From the NCBI GenBank assembly GCA_013239625.1, contig MU053873.1:3548524-3612523 (forward strand): a stretch of 64,000 nucleotides of DNA, written 5' to 3'. Below the pieces are notes generated by a model. That model saw nothing but the letters and a program-made list of their open reading frames with translations, had not been told where the DNA came from and made no database searches. The position numbers were made by a program, and so were the translations under genes. Of this stretch, positions 23,515 through 38,907 are shown in pieces (the first letter of the stretch is position 1; every line of letters begins with the position of its first letter). Origin of the DNA: Lama guanicoe. Lineage: Eukaryota.

Positions 23515-26500
23515 TGCAGCTCGCGTCAAAGCTTTATTTGCTGTTTTCATAGTCTGAATGCAACATCTTTGTACATGCAGAGGTCATTTTGTTTTAGGGC
23601 AGTCGACCAGACTCCCAACTGCTCTTCTGTGCGTAGGAAACCTCTTTACAGTTACAAAATATAAAAGCACTTGTAGACATCCAATACTCTGTGAGGTCCG
23701 GGAAGCCCCCGTTTGTTTTAATGTTAAAAATATAGGTTTCTCTAGATGAATTCTCAGTCACACGGTTAGAGACCCTTTCTGGGATTGGATAAAGTGCCTG
23801 CCCCTCGACCGCCTTCTGTTCAGAACTCCGAGAGCCTGTGAGTTCATAAGGCAACTACAAGGAGCCCAGCTGGCAGGAGGCACCAACTGTCCTGCACCCA
23901 GGACTCGTGTTCCCATCATGACTCAGATATCCGAGGAAGGGACCCGGAAGAAAGGGTAGGAAAACAGAGTGTTGTACGTATGTATATTTCCGCTTCCCCC
24001 CATCTTACAAAGCGTTTTGAGGACCGTAATTATCTGGGAAGTGCATGACTTGTGGGCTATGATTTAGGAAACACCATGGTACAAAATATCTCCCATACAT
24101 GATGGATGACTTTTGCAAGCCCCCTATTTACAGGATCTATAAGGCTGCGTGGAAGATCATTAAAAAGCTCAAATTCTTCTGCAGACAATGGCATCACTTT
24201 TCTTTAAGCAGATGTGACGCCACTGGAGATTGTCATAAAAGCGCCAGGGCTGATGCCTTAGAAGATGATGTGGCACCAGGTGCGAGGGTAACAATTTAAG
24301 GAGATTCTGGGAGGACAAGGGAGGGGACTGCGAGGTTCACCTTGCCAGAAATCTCAGGCTGACTTTCCAGAACTAACCTGGCTTTCTGGCCCCCCTCCCT
24401 GCAGGCATCAACACAGACAAAAGAAAGAAATCTCTGGAGAGGTGGTGGGGCCAAAGGAGATACAGATTGGCTAAGACGCGGCACATCCAAGCCTACTTGC
24501 TTTCTGTGTGGCTCTACATTTCCAGACCCTGGGCTTGCCCAGAATTCCAGCAGGGTGACTCCTAGCAGCTTCTCAGCACAGGGCTCGGATCCACCCCTCT
24601 GTAAGGGGATGGAGTGCAAGGTGGATCTCCTATCAGACGTGGAGTGGGTCCTGCCTCCTTTAACTGGCTCCCTCCACCTTAATACTGTCCCTCCTACCCC
24701 ATGGAATCAGATGCCATGGGCTTTTTTGGGAGGGTTTCCTGTTTTAGCACTTTTTGGAGGAGGAAAGACCCAGAGGCTAAGAAGTCTTTGTTACTGTAGT
24801 GACTCGCCATGGCTTAAATTGGGGGGATGGGGTGCAAGTCCCAGTGGATAATGCTTTTTCTCCCACCTCCCCGCAGACCTCGCCCTGAAATGCCACTTTA
24901 CATCAAGGCAACAGTCATCTCGCTTCTTATACGAAGGGACAGGGCTGTGTGGGAGGGGCCTCAGGGGTTGAGGAGGAGAAGCAGAAACTGGGGAGGGAGA
25001 GGTTGCCTTGAGAGCCCTCTCCTTGAGGGGTACTCCGTCTTCCATGCAGGCCCGAGTCACCTGTAAGAGTTCTGGAGGTGCTCTGACCGCACACCTGTGG
25101 GTGTTTCGCTTTATAATTATGCCTAGCTCCTGGGGCAATCCGGGGGCATCGCGATGAAAAGTCGCGTAAATGGACGAGGCAGCTGTCAGCACCAGGTGGG
25201 AGCAGCTGAGGTCTTCTTCTGGGAAGTCATGTTTTTCTAAATCCCCTGGCAGCCTCTAAGGTTTAGGACCTCAGGCTTAGGCTTATTTCTACTCTTGCTC
25301 CGTGGAGATACCTACAGTTGGCCTCACTTCCAAAGGAAAACACATCTGTTTGAAAGCACATGACTCAGCTTGTCCCCTGCAAAACCTCCCCCATCCGATT
25401 GTCCTTTCCCTGAATCCTCGATGACACGAGGCTGTCAGGTCAGTGTCACTCAGAACCTCCAACATTCTAAACACCGCGAGGCTTCTGTTCCACTGGAATT
25501 TCTCTGGTGGCACTGAGGGAGTCTCCACAACACTGATTTTGGAGGCCACGCCATGGAATTTTACAGGCCAAAGGCTTCTGTTACATTAGGCAAGGGACTA
25601 TGAAGAAGGGGGTCTACTGGAGGGAAAAAGATACAGACTTATCAAAAGACCAGCCATCAAAATGCTGATGTGCAAAAGGGGTGTGGGGAGGCGGGGCGAG
25701 GAAGGGAGGGAGAGAGAGAGAGAAAGATTATACTTTAAAAAATCACCCATCTTACTTTTGATGCATTCTGTATAAAACTCTCATTTAAAGAAAGCCAAAG
25801 GCCCAGGGTAGGAGGGCTGGATGAGGGCAGGTGACTTAATTGCATACAAATAATTAAGGCATAGTAAGTTACTTTGAAAGGAGACAGATTTCCAAAGGTG
25901 GCTCCAAGCAAACTCAAGAAACTAGCATGCAACCCCTTGCTTAGCCCCCCAAGAGCTCACCCAGTTTAGACAGAGGAGAAATAAATAACCCATTTGCCCA
26001 GCTATCTGCAGAGGCTCTGAGCATCAGCTGCAGCTAACTTCATTGCATGGGTCATCGTCACGGGAGGCAGAGGTCATGGGAGCCAGAGGTCACAGGAGCC
26101 TGCATTAAGCGGGCCACCACTCCTGACCCACTGTGATTGTCTGCAGTGGAGGGACGAGGCTGCTCTGGTCAGTTCCGAGGGGGGTGGACTTTGTACGTCC
26201 TCATCACCAAGGAATTAAATGGATTTTGAGTTCCAAGCCAGGTGTGGGAGGTTAGGTAGAAGATCTGCAGGTCAATCTCGTTTTCAAGTGTTTTTCTTTC
26301 CTGTTGGGTGTATCTGGGCTGAAACATGACTAATTCAAAACTGAGCGTTTTGCACGGTGAGTATCAAGGTACTAACCAAACAGAGCAGGTCACTTCCTAC
26401 TGCCTAAGGTGGTACCAAGGGGCCCTCTGCACCTTGAGAAAGACAAAGAAAGATGGCAGCCAAGAAAAGAAGTTGGGTCTTTTAAAGGAAACCTACTGAC

Positions 26501-28581
26501 CCAGAAAGCCATTACAACAAAACTGAAATCAAATGTGAACTGGATCTTTAAAAAATAAGAAAGAAAAATCAACTGATTAAATCCCTCAATGGCCAGAGAG
26601 AACGGACTGGCCACTAACTCAGGGAATGAAGAGAAGACAAACCATGATCAAGCAGGGCCAAACCTGCAGACACAGACGCATGAGGCTTCCAGATGCACAA
26701 GGCTGGGCAGGTGAAAGGCTCCAAAAATTGCCCATTCAGTGGCCAAAGCTCAGTCGACAGGATTCGGGGGGGGGGGGGGGGGGGGAGGTGCTGAACCACA
26801 ACTCCCCAAGGCCCAGGCGTTTGCCTTAACCTGGAGAGACAGGATTGGTCTCCATCCTGTCACCCCCAAGAGAGAGAAGAGGTGGTGAGGGAGATAAGGG
26901 AGGAAGAGGAACTGGGGAGACAGATGGAGACTCTAGGAGAGGTGGCCAGGGAGAAGGGATGCAGGTTTTGACACCATTTGCAAAGAGCAGATTTATCAAA
27001 AGAGATTTTTCACCTCTTGGGAAGTCCAGTGCCGGGCACAGATCCATTAGGAAACTCAGCCCCAGCACCCCTCAGCAGTCAGAGGCTGCCCTGCGAACTG
27101 TCCAAGCATCTTTCTCACAGATGGGTGTCTCCTGGGCAAGATTGGCACAAAGTTTATGGCAATTCCAGGCATGGCGGGTGGGCCGGCCATCTCTGAGATG
27201 TTTGCTGGAGCCTTGGGCTTAAGAGGTGGGGGAGGCTGGTGTGGAGGATTTCCGAAAAAAAGGGACAGAGTAGACAGTGGCTGGAGACCCCAGAGGTCTT
27301 GGAGATTCCTGGGAATGAGCTTAGAGTTGGCAAGAAAAGAAGAGGCGAGGCAAGCCTACACTGGTCACCTGGCATCCAGCATGTCTGTCCAGAGTTCCTG
27401 GCCTAGGGGACTAGGAGGCTCCCCTCCAGAAAAGGACTTTTAGCAAGACTCTCCTTTCCTGCATTTTGGACCTAGAAAAAGCACCTGGTCAGGTAGAACT
27501 CGGGGGAGGGTGGGTAGAAAGAAGAGGTGAGAAGAAACAAAAAGTACCCCTCATTCACATGTTTGCTCTGAGGCCAACTGGGGGTAGTTCTTCCATGCCA
27601 GCAGCTCAGGTCGCATTCAGAGAAGGACTTTGGAGAAAGTCTTGGGGTATGTCTGATCTTTGAGAGAAAAAGGCACTGCCATCTGGGCTGCAGTTTCTGA
27701 ACCCTTGAGGCCAAGGGACAAAGGTCACCCCATAGACATCAGAGCTCAAATGAAAAGGAACCAGGAAAATGTACACAAGAGTGACAATGAGAATTTTTTA
27801 AAAGCTTAGGTAGGGATAAGAGAACCTGAGATGGTTGGATACTTCAAGCAAACTATTCACACACCTCTGCTCCTGCTCTTTAACGGAAAAACATATATAC
27901 ATCTCCAATTTCAAAGAAAGTTGGCTGGATTATTGCTTTATCACCTTCTAAAGCAAACGAAATATGACGTACGATGGAACAGGCCAGCTACACACACTGC
28001 CCCACTGGAAGGAGGAATACACTTGAAAGACCGAGGGTGGGTGTTTTGAAAGAATCTTCGAGAGGGAGAAGGATCTTGCCAAAAAAGCAATCAAACCCCC
28101 CAGCCTGGTGGTACTGCCTTGGGCCACGGTCACAGCAGGAAGTGAACAGTTGCATCTTCCTTGGGAACGTCCTTTCCAAAAAGAGCGGCCCTGGGGTGGG
28201 GGGAAGAGGCGCTTTCACGACTCAGAACCCAGGGAGACGGTCCAGACTTACATCTGTGTTCCTGGAGCTGCTGCAGGGGTCTAAAACGGGCAGAAATGCA
28301 CATTTTTACGTTAAAAAAAAAACCCACAAAACCGGCAGCATGGACATTTGTGGGTCGCCTGGCTTCTTTCCCAGCCGGAAGCGCTGTCCGGGGAGACAGT
28401 GCAAGTGCTCGTGGAGGGAGAGCCTGCCTGCCCCGATCCATCCGGGAGAGCCTGCCGAGGGGCGGGGGCCCTGGGCCGCGTTCTCCACCAGGCGTGCACA
28501 GGCGGGGACCGCAGCAGCGTGACCTTGTCTTCGGGTTCTTGCAGTTAAGGCTTGTTCATCAGACGTGGCAGCGTCCCCTGT
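23515..28581 (-). other. KIAA1671: KIAA1671 terminal non-coding exon (~5 kb 3'UTR)
   Basis: Strong acceptor ctgtcccttcctctccag| at 28582-28583; the ~5 kb between it and the AATAAA is almost free of SINE/LINE/MIR. Confidence 0.7.
23533..23538 (-). terminator. KIAA1671: Probable KIAA1671 polyadenylation signal AATAAA
   Basis: tttatt on plus strand at the end of a U/A-rich, repeat-poor stretch. Interspersed repeats resume downstream of it. Confidence 0.7.
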
Positions 28582-28864
28582 CTGGAGAGGAAGGGACAGT
28601 CCTGGAGTCCTGGCCCTCCACCATTGAGCCTTTTCTGGTAATCCCCAATTCGCCCCCTCCTCCAAGCCACAGGCCAGGAAAGATGACTGTTTTTATTTTT
28701 GAAGGGTGGGATGAGAAAGGTGGTGGGCAGCTGGATACAGCAGAATGAAGGTAAGGTTTAGAATGAAGAATGAAGTCAGGGTTCCAGCCTCAGTGTCCTC
28801 AAATGGATTGCTGGAGGCTTAACTGAGATATCACGTGCACAGCACCGGATAACCACAGATGAAC

Positions 28865-29180
28865 ACCGGCTCTGATCCCTTCCCCAAAACGTTTGAGCAG
28901 AGATTTACTGGGGAATTTAGAAAATTTTTTGAATTTATTATATACATATATATAGAGAGAGATATATGCTTACATACATATATGTAAATATTATGTAACA
29001 TATAATAGATACATATATATTAGGCAACACTGCCGTAATTAAGCACTTACAATAGGCCTGTAGCATAATGTATGGATATTCACATAAAGCCTAAATAGCA
29101 TTGTAAGAATGCAGGTCAGGTTCTGTCACTAAGTGAGGGATGGAAATGCTTTGTTTTCGAGCCTTCTGGATTTCAGGTTT
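28865..29180. mobile_element. Degenerate TcMar-Tigger (MER46C-like) element with an internal (TA)-rich expansion
   Basis: AT-rich core followed by aatgcaggtcaggttctgtcactaagtgag and ttttcgagccttctggatttcag; family assignment tentative. Confidence 0.45.
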
Positions 29181-29808
29181 GTGGACAAGGGGTGGCGGGT
29201 CTCCTGGGCTGCTCGGAGCAGAGCTGACTTTTGCGGCGCTCCTCCCCTGGGGACTCACAGGCATCACTCCCGGTGCGTTCTCAGGGAGCTCTGGGGACAA
29301 CTCGGGGACATGGGTGCGCTACCCCATTTTACAGATGGGAAAACTGAAGTTCAAGACGTTCAGTCGTTTGGGATCTACACCAGGGCATGTGTAATTGTTT
29401 GATTTTTTTTTTAATTTATTTTTTTCAGAGTAATTTTTAATGATACAAGTTGTAAAGGAATGTGGAAATCGGGGACCTTTCAGATTAAGCTGATCTTTGA
29501 TGTTCCGCTTGTTCGTTTTATAAAGGGGGACTGAGAAGCAGTGAGAAAGGGCGGGCCAAGGGCATGAGAGCAGAGCCCACGCCCTGTGCACCCACCCCGG
29601 GCCGTCCAGCTGTGTTTATTCCCTTACAAGGAAGCAGTTGATCACCATCCTCTTTACAGGAACCCAGAACCCCCTCACCCAAGTTTCCCCTTCTCTATCC
29701 TAGGCTACAGCACCCTAAGGCTCTGAGCCTTTGCCTCCCGGCCCCAGTTTCCTGCTCCTCGGACTGCAGGCTCTGTCTGGGTCTCCCCTCAGAGCCCCTC
29801 ATACCTGC

Positions 29809-29973
<165 letters not shown>

Positions 29974-30454
29974 TCAGGGACATTGCTGACCTGGCTGAGG
30001 TTGGGGTGGGGGTCTGTGAGGAAGGAAAGGTCCTCTGGGCAGATAGGGGTCTGGCCACCCCAAGCAAGCCTTGCCTGATGGTGGAGGCTTAGAGCAGGCC
30101 TCCTGGTCTGGGGGGGCCCCTCCAGCCCTGGAGAAACGCGGGAGCCCTCCGTGGACTCCAGAGCAACTCCAGCATTCCCAGAGCAATAGAGGCACCATCT
30201 CAGCCACCACCTTGTCTCTCTCTCTCAAATTCCTTCCCTTCTGCTTCCCATAGCCCACTCTGTGTTCCGATAATTCGCCCTGACTGCAGTGCCGGATTGC
30301 ACCAGGCCTCTGGGCCTTTGCACGTGCTGTGACTGTGGCTACCTCTTTGTCTGTCATGACCCAGCTCGGGGATCCCCTTCTCTTCGAAGCCTTTTCCACA
30401 CCTTTCCTCTTCAAATCTGGGTTATGAACCCTTCTTCTGAATTTCTCTATCACA

Positions 30455-30648
30455 GGGAGTCAGAGAGTCAGACAGTAAGCATTTTCAACTTTGAGGGTGT
30501 CTGTGTCAACTAGTCAAGCCCGTGTTTGTATCAGGGAAGTGGTGGCAGGCAATCCTTAAATGATGGCTGTGTGTCAGTAAAACTTAATTCACAAACACAG
30601 ACAGTGGGCTGAATCTGGCTTGCGGGCTATGGTTGGCCAACCCCTGCT
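30455..30648. mobile_element. MER58-like DNA transposon
   Basis: ggctgtgtgtcagtaaaacttaattcacaaacacag..gggctgaatctggc..gttggccaacccctg; related copy at ~47190-47365. Confidence 0.65.
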
Positions 30649-31325
30649 CTACTGCAGCACTTATATCACAATGGCAGTACCGTGAACGACCCCTAAATTC
30701 TACGTGTTCACGGTACTCACAATACGAATTCCACTTTCCTTGACTGAGCGCATCCACAAGCCAGCGCCAGTGCAGAGGGCTTTACACATGCTTCCTCGTT
30801 TCATCCTCGTGACCACCCCGGAAGGCGAGGATTAGCCAACCCACTTTGCAGATGAGGAAACTGAGGCGCAGAGAATGGCTCTGAAAGCCGCACAGCTGGG
30901 ATGAAGCCCCAGCTGTGTGATGTTAGAGCTGCGCTCTTTAACCTTCACCGCCAGCTGCTGCCCCGGTCTGGGCTGGGCTCATCTGTGCGGGGAGCAGGCC
31001 TAGTCTGGGAATGGGGCAGCTTCTTCCCCAAGGGCGGCTGGATTAAGTTTATCCTGTTCACCCGGCTGTGCCCGTTGGTCCCTCTTCCCAGGTCTCCTCA
31101 CTCCTCCTGAGACAGAGGCCCTTCCCTGCAGGGTAAGAGTGGGGAGAATGCCTCAGTTTCCCCATCAGTCTGGAGAGGGCTGGACTGGAGCAGTAGTTTT
31201 CCAACAACAGGGCCCTGGACATCCGTGTAGGGTGTGAAGGAAAGGGGGAAGGACTGGGGCCCGCTGGCCTGATTCCTCACCCCCTGCCCCAGGCTTGTGT
31301 GTGTGTGTATGTGTGTATGTGTGTG

Positions 31326-31505
31326 TTTTAACATTCAATTTCTAAAAATTTAATTTTATTAAAAAAAATTTTTTTTTGGCTTGTGTTTTGGGGGAGGGTG
31401 GTAATTAGGTTTATTTAGTTTTTTTGGAGGTGCTGGGGATTGGAACCCAGGACCTTGCGCATGGTTACACACACACTCTACCACTGAGCTACACCCTCCC
31501 GCCCC
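31326..31505 (-). mobile_element. tRNA-derived SINE (Vic-1-like)
   Basis: Reverse strand GGGAGGGTGTAGCTCAGTGGTAGAG...GGTCCTGGGTTCCAATCCCCAG, then AAATAAACCTAATTACC and an A-rich tail. Confidence 0.85.
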
Positions 31506-31666
31506 AGCTTTGTGTGTCTGTAAGATGTCAGAGGGCCCAGAGCTTACGTGAACGAAGTTCTACAATGAGAGAAAACACAGAGGTGAAACTCATTCCACCC
31601 AGCACCAGAACCCAGGCAAGCCCCTCCCCAGAAGTGCAGCCTGAGTCTCAGCCCCAGGACCCCTCA

Positions 31667-32029
<363 letters not shown>

Positions 32030-33601
32030 TCAACCATCAAAAATCCACATGATCACAGTATCTTCGGCTGAAAGGCCACCATTACCCCGTTTGCTTTAGT
32101 TTCCTGAGCACCCAAAGTGGAGACAGCAGCCGCATCTTACAGGCGGGGCCCAGCTCTATTAAGCTCCTGGCTCTGTGAATACAAGTAAAGTGAGGTTTCT
32201 GACCATCAGATTCCCATGGGGAAAAGGCAGGGTGGATTCCACCATTTCTGGAGGGCACATCGGGAATGGAATGACTCAGAATGGTGTGCACGGATTCCTT
32301 TGGGAGCCCAGGGGTGTGGCGGTGGCAGGTGGCACCTGTCTCCGTGGCAATGCTGGCCCAGCCCCCGGCAGTAGCGGCCATCGCCACCGTCCACCTGAAT
32401 GCTTCTGTGCACTGGGCCCCTGTCGTCTGGACTCCGCCAGGCGTGAGTTATAGGACACATGGCTTTCTCCATTTGATAGAGGAGTAGCTGAAAGGTCAGA
32501 GGTCGAGCAGTTTGCCCAAAGTCACACTGTTTTCAAAAACTGGGATCCTGCCCAACTTCAACCCCAGGGCTCTTCCCAGGAAGAGCCTGGGAGCCTCTGC
32601 CCCATCCCGTGAGCAGGGCCTTCCTCTGCCTGCCGTGTTAGGCTGCCCTGGAAGACAGCCTTTGTTCTGATGCTTAACAAAATAAGCCAGAAAACCTCTG
32701 GGCCGGGCCAGTGGCCGCAAAATGTCCACGTTTCAAAGGCCTGTAAAGTCAGTGACAGGGAAAAGCGTGCATTCTCTGCCTACTGATAGTTCATTCTTGC
32801 TGGAAATGACCTGAAAAGCAAAGCCGTGGCAAGTTCGTGGCCCCCGACGGGAGGCTTCCTGATCGGCACAGTGTCAAGCTGAGAAATTCCACAAACAACC
32901 AGCTTCTTTGTTTTTGTCTCTTCTTCAATAAAATAGGAGTAAAGGGCTGCCTTTCTTCGGGCTGCTGGGGCCCAGAAGAGGGGGTAAAAGAGGCTTCCCC
33001 CAACTCAGTACCCCCCGCATCCCCAAGCTGTGTGAGATGCTTGAGGGAGCTGAGGGTGGGGAGAGGGGAGACAGCCCAGCCCTGCCTCAGGAGCCCACAG
33101 TCCAGTCGGGACTGCGGTGTCATTCAAGAGAGTGTGATGTGGTTCTAGCGCTGGACTCCCACGTCCTTTGGAATCGAAACAACCATTTTCCCTGTCTACC
33201 CCCTACCCCCGCCCCCAGCGCCCCGGATTGCTCAAGGACAGAAGGCTGGGTTGGTTCCCTCCTGCTTCCCCGGCATCTGGCACCAGGCAAGATGCTTCAC
33301 GCGGAGCGCAGCCCCCTGCACAGATGCGGACATCGAGGCTGACCTAGGAGACCGAACCAAGCCGCAGGTCTGGGGGCTGAAGAAAGACAGAAGGTGGAGA
33401 TTCAGAAACAGGGGGTCACTAGAGAAACGCACATAAAGTCAGTACTACTGTTCACAGCACCGGGCCAAGGTCAATGTCCTGGCCTGGTAACGTGCCATGG
33501 TCACGGGGGGCACTAGCACTGGGGGAAGCGGGCTGAGCAGGGCTACACAGGTCCTCTCTCGCTCTGTTTTTGCAATTCCTCGGGACTCTTCGACTATTTC
33601 A

Positions 33602-33949
<348 letters not shown>

Positions 33950-35487
33950 TTACAGATGAGGACAAACTCAGGTGCCTTATGGTGGACAGTAAGGCAGGGT
34001 GGGTCTGCTCCTGGGAGAGGCCCAGACAGACCCAGCTCCTGGGCTCCTGGCTCGTTCCAGGTCAGGGAAACAGAAGGAAATCTCTGACAGAAGCAGGGAA
34101 GGAGATGGAAATGCTTTCAGCCAACAACATACGGGGGTCATGGTCTTAGAAGAGGATGGGGAGGGCTTCGTGTGTCTTGCAGACAAGCTGCCCAGAGTTG
34201 GACCAGGAAAGCACTTTTCATCACTGGGACTTGACCCCGTCACTGTGCAGGTGAGACTTCTGGGTGATAGACTGCCTGGCCCGCCTCTTCCAGGAGTAAC
34301 GGGAGAGGGGAGCCAACCTCCTGGAGACCCGGCTGAGGGCTTAGGCACAGTGAGAGGAGGGAGAAGGGGGCGGGGATGACCAAGGCAAGGCTGGGTCCTC
34401 TGGAGCCCCCAGGCCAAGTAAGGACTTTGGCCACGTTCACAAGGTGTATCCCCCGGCTTTCCCCAGCTCTTGGCCAGTTCCTCAAGGATGCTGGGAACCA
34501 GAAGGCTGCTGTTACACTCCAGCTGGGAGTAATTATGTGCTTTTGCCCTCACTCTGGTCTTTCCTTGCTCCAGGCAGCTCTGTGGAATTTGGTTCGGAAA
34601 ACCAAGAACGTGTGTAGGGAGAAGTCTCAACCTAGATACTTAAACCTTTCCTTTAATAACAGACATGAGATGGGAGTGTTTTATCTGGTTAGTAGCTACA
34701 CTCTTCACCCAGCCCAGAGCCTGGCCTGATGCCCTGCTATTTGCCACGAGCAAATCGCAAATGAACAAAAGCCCCTACAATGTAAACTAAAGACTGCTTA
34801 TGCATAGAGCAGGGAGGTCACCGGCTATGGCTGCCATTCTTCTTAAACCCCTTCCCTGGCTCTCCATCTTCAGATCAAGTCTAACTCCTTAGCCAGGAAT
34901 CACAACTCTCCATGAACCGGCGCTGCCTTTCTAACATGACTCCTGCTATCTCTGGCTTAGGCAACCCTGCACTGCTTAGACAGACCCCCCTCCCTGCCAC
35001 ACCTGCAGAACATTCTTTCCACACCTCTGCCCCTTTGATCCTGTTGATATTTCCATCTGGCTTACCCTCCTCTGGCTAATTCCTACCTATTCTTTAAGAT
35101 GTGGCTCAGGTTTTGACAGGGGGTGCCGCCAAAGAAGTCCTTAGAGGAAAATGTATAGCCTGAAATAATTTATTAGAAACCCCAAAAGACTGATAATAAA
35201 TGAACTGATCTTCCAACTCAAGAATCCAGAGAAAGACTGGCAAACAAATCCAAAGACAGGATAAGAGTGAATTTAATGAGGGTAAAAGCAGAAACAGTGA
35301 AATCCTGTGAAGTTGCGTCTCAGTTGCTTACAACCAACCTGCAGAGCCCCAATGAATAGATCACCCTCAAAATTTTTCTTCCCTAGTTTCCAATAAGCTC
35401 TTGTGCGATGAGAAAGCACAGTTTCCAATGTTGTTGTGTTCTAATATCCTGCAGCCTTCAAAGTCAGGCAGCTCTCCCCAGGGTTTA

Positions 35488-35760
<273 letters not shown>

Positions 35761-38402
35761 TTAAATGGAGGCAGCAGCCAAGGGAGGTGTGCGTAGCTGA
35801 GTCAATACACAAGACGCTATTTAGGTGGTATGTGGGCCGGCATTTCTGCATTTTAACAGGAACCTAACGCCCCGCGCCTGAATTTCTCTGTGAAACATAC
35901 CACGTGTGCTGATTCCAGGAAGCAAATGAACTTGAGGGCCCCACCTGGTGCCTAACGCATAGAGGGCACACAATGGAGATGCTTTTCCCCTTCCTGATGA
36001 CACCATATGGGCATGTGAGCTATGTAACATCATGTGAGCATGTATGTAACAAATGTTTGTTTGTTGAATGAATAAATGAACAAGTAATCTGGCTAAATCC
36101 TTACAACAACTATTCCACACAGGGTCCACGAGCTGAGCGGCTCTCAGTGTGGTCCTTCTTCTACCCACAATGCTTCAGGGTGCAGTTGGGGGGTGGGTAG
36201 AGCAACCTGCTAAGTACTAGGCATTGGTTTTTAAGCATCACAGTCTGAGCAGAAGCAGGTGGAGAGTCAGTGACGGTTTCCAAGATCGCCACCTTTCGCA
36301 CTGAAAGGGTTGGGGGCAGACCACCCAGGTGGGCCCAGCAAGGAGGTGGGGCAGCCACTGGTTCAGAGACCTCCCAGGAGATGGAGCTGAAGGGCTTAGA
36401 GCTCTGGGTTCAAACCCCGCTCCGTTCAAATCCTAGCTGTGTGCCCTCAAGCAGGGGACTTGCCCTCTCTGAACTTGGGTCTCCCCGTTTGTAAAAGTGG
36501 ACAATGGGGATAGTACACCCGTCCTGGGGTGGCTGAGAGAAACCAGTGAGCCCAGGGTTGGCAAGTCCTGGGTCCCAGCAGCGCCCGACCGAGGCTCGGC
36601 GGGAGCTGTCCCCACAGGGCGCTTCTCTCTTCCCGGCCGGCTCAGGTCCTGGCAGGAAATGTCGGATTCTTCCTCTCACATCCACTTTGGAGAAATTCTG
36701 CTGCCTGGGGCTTTTTCAGTTTGCGATGATGAGCTAATTTCAGTGAATCATTTCCTGGAGTTGGTAAGTGACAGACACCCCACTGGGGACAGGAGGAGGG
36801 AGCTGATATCTGTACAGCTGTTTCCCAAACTGGCCACAATGGTGTCCAGTGCGGGGACCTGTGTGGGGCTGGTGGGAGCAGGGGAGGGATGGAAGTCACA
36901 AAGGGTGCACCGCCCCCAAGAGGACAGCACACATCTCCAGTTGTCACCAAATAGAGCCGGTGACTCAGATGAGGAGTAAGTAAGAGGGAACCACAGCAAT
37001 GCAGGGGCTGGCCTGCGGGAGCTTGGCTCTGTTTTCCCAGGGCCGCCCTTGCAGCTTCAGGCTGGTCCCTTAGTGCCTCGTCCCACCTTTCAGCCCCCAA
37101 ACGGCGCCCACGGGAGACCTGGGTATCACACAATCAGCTGGGCCTGTGCTTAGGGCCACTAGCATTTTCATCACTCAGTGGCCACATCTGTTCCCTGATC
37201 TGCAAGAATGGGACAGAGGGATTTTGCCTCTTGGGCTCAGCATCCTAGAAGGTAAGTCTAGAGAATTATGCTATGGCTCAGGATGACATCATACAAACAT
37301 GTAAGCTAGAGCAATGCCTGGGACATAGCTGGAGTGCAATAAATGTTTGTTGAATGAATAACTGAACACATCACCTCAATAACTCCTTACACGCCACACT
37401 CTGCCCACATTTATATAGTGGGATGCCCCAAAGGAGACTGGACTTGTGTCTTTCCCCATCTCTGTCCTTGTCTAGAGAGGCCAGCAAGAGACCTTGAATG
37501 TATTTAGGAAGGGGAATCCCCTTTGAGGTCCTACAGGAAGCCCCTTGACCCAAAACAGTGGTGTCTCTTCTCTGGGGGGCATCTGTGTAGCCATTGCTAA
37601 GAGTGTGGACATGAGGCTTTACTTCAGAGAGAGGATCCATTTTAGATTTTGCATCATTTAGATGCTGCACCCTCAAGAGGGTAGGCAGATAGCCCTACTG
37701 TCAGGGAAGAAGCAAAATGACCCCCCCCCACCAATGTCTCAAGGACTAGAAAGGAAAACCTGCCTGACTCCTGCAGGGCGCCGCTACTGGTCTGGAAGAG
37801 GCGGGGGCGGGAGGTGGCTGGACCTGGGGGGCTGGCATCCTGGGGCCTGGCTTTGCATGGGAGACCTGGGAGAGCTGAATTCTGGGGGCTGCCCATGCCT
37901 GACGGGGGCTATCCCTTACAGAGACTTGGATCCCCTAGCTCCAGGGACATAGTCCCACGTGGCAAGACCTTGGCGAGAAGCCCCAGCAGAATTGGTGTGA
38001 GCCAAGTCCAGACTGCATGCCCAGCACTGCAGACCTCAGGCGGGCTCCCCGCCCCTAGGGGTGAGAAGCCACACTGCCTGCTTTCCTAACTGGTGAGGGC
38101 TCAGCTCAGTTTTAATCTGAACACATGTGACTGTGTTCAAAGCCTTTGAGCCCACCATTCTTTTACGAGTAGATGAGGAAGCCGAGGCTCAGAGACGTGA
38201 AGACACTTGCCCCAAGACACACAGCTGGTATGTGGCAGGTCCAGGCCACATGCAGCCATCAGGCCCATGTCGGACTGTGCCGTCTGCTCCCACCAGAGGG
38301 GGCCCTGGCACAGATTCTACCCCTGAAAGGGGCGATTCACTGGGAGACGCTAGAATGTCTCTTTAAAAAGAAATGACTGTTCCCAGCATGTGGTCCCAGT
38401 TA

Positions 38403-38696
<294 letters not shown>

Positions 38697-38907
38697 TCAG
38701 GCAGGTTGTTTCAGAGAGCTGAATTTCAAGGAAAGGAAGCAGCAGAAAAAAGAGTGTAGGATGTGCTTTATACACCGGGAAACGAGACAGACAGAACATC
38801 CTGGGAGGAGAACCACTCCGAACACAGGTGGGTGCTGTGCATGCTGAACACCTGGACAGGTGCAGAGTGGGAGGAGTCAGTCCCGTCCCACTCAAGACTC
38901 TCTAACC

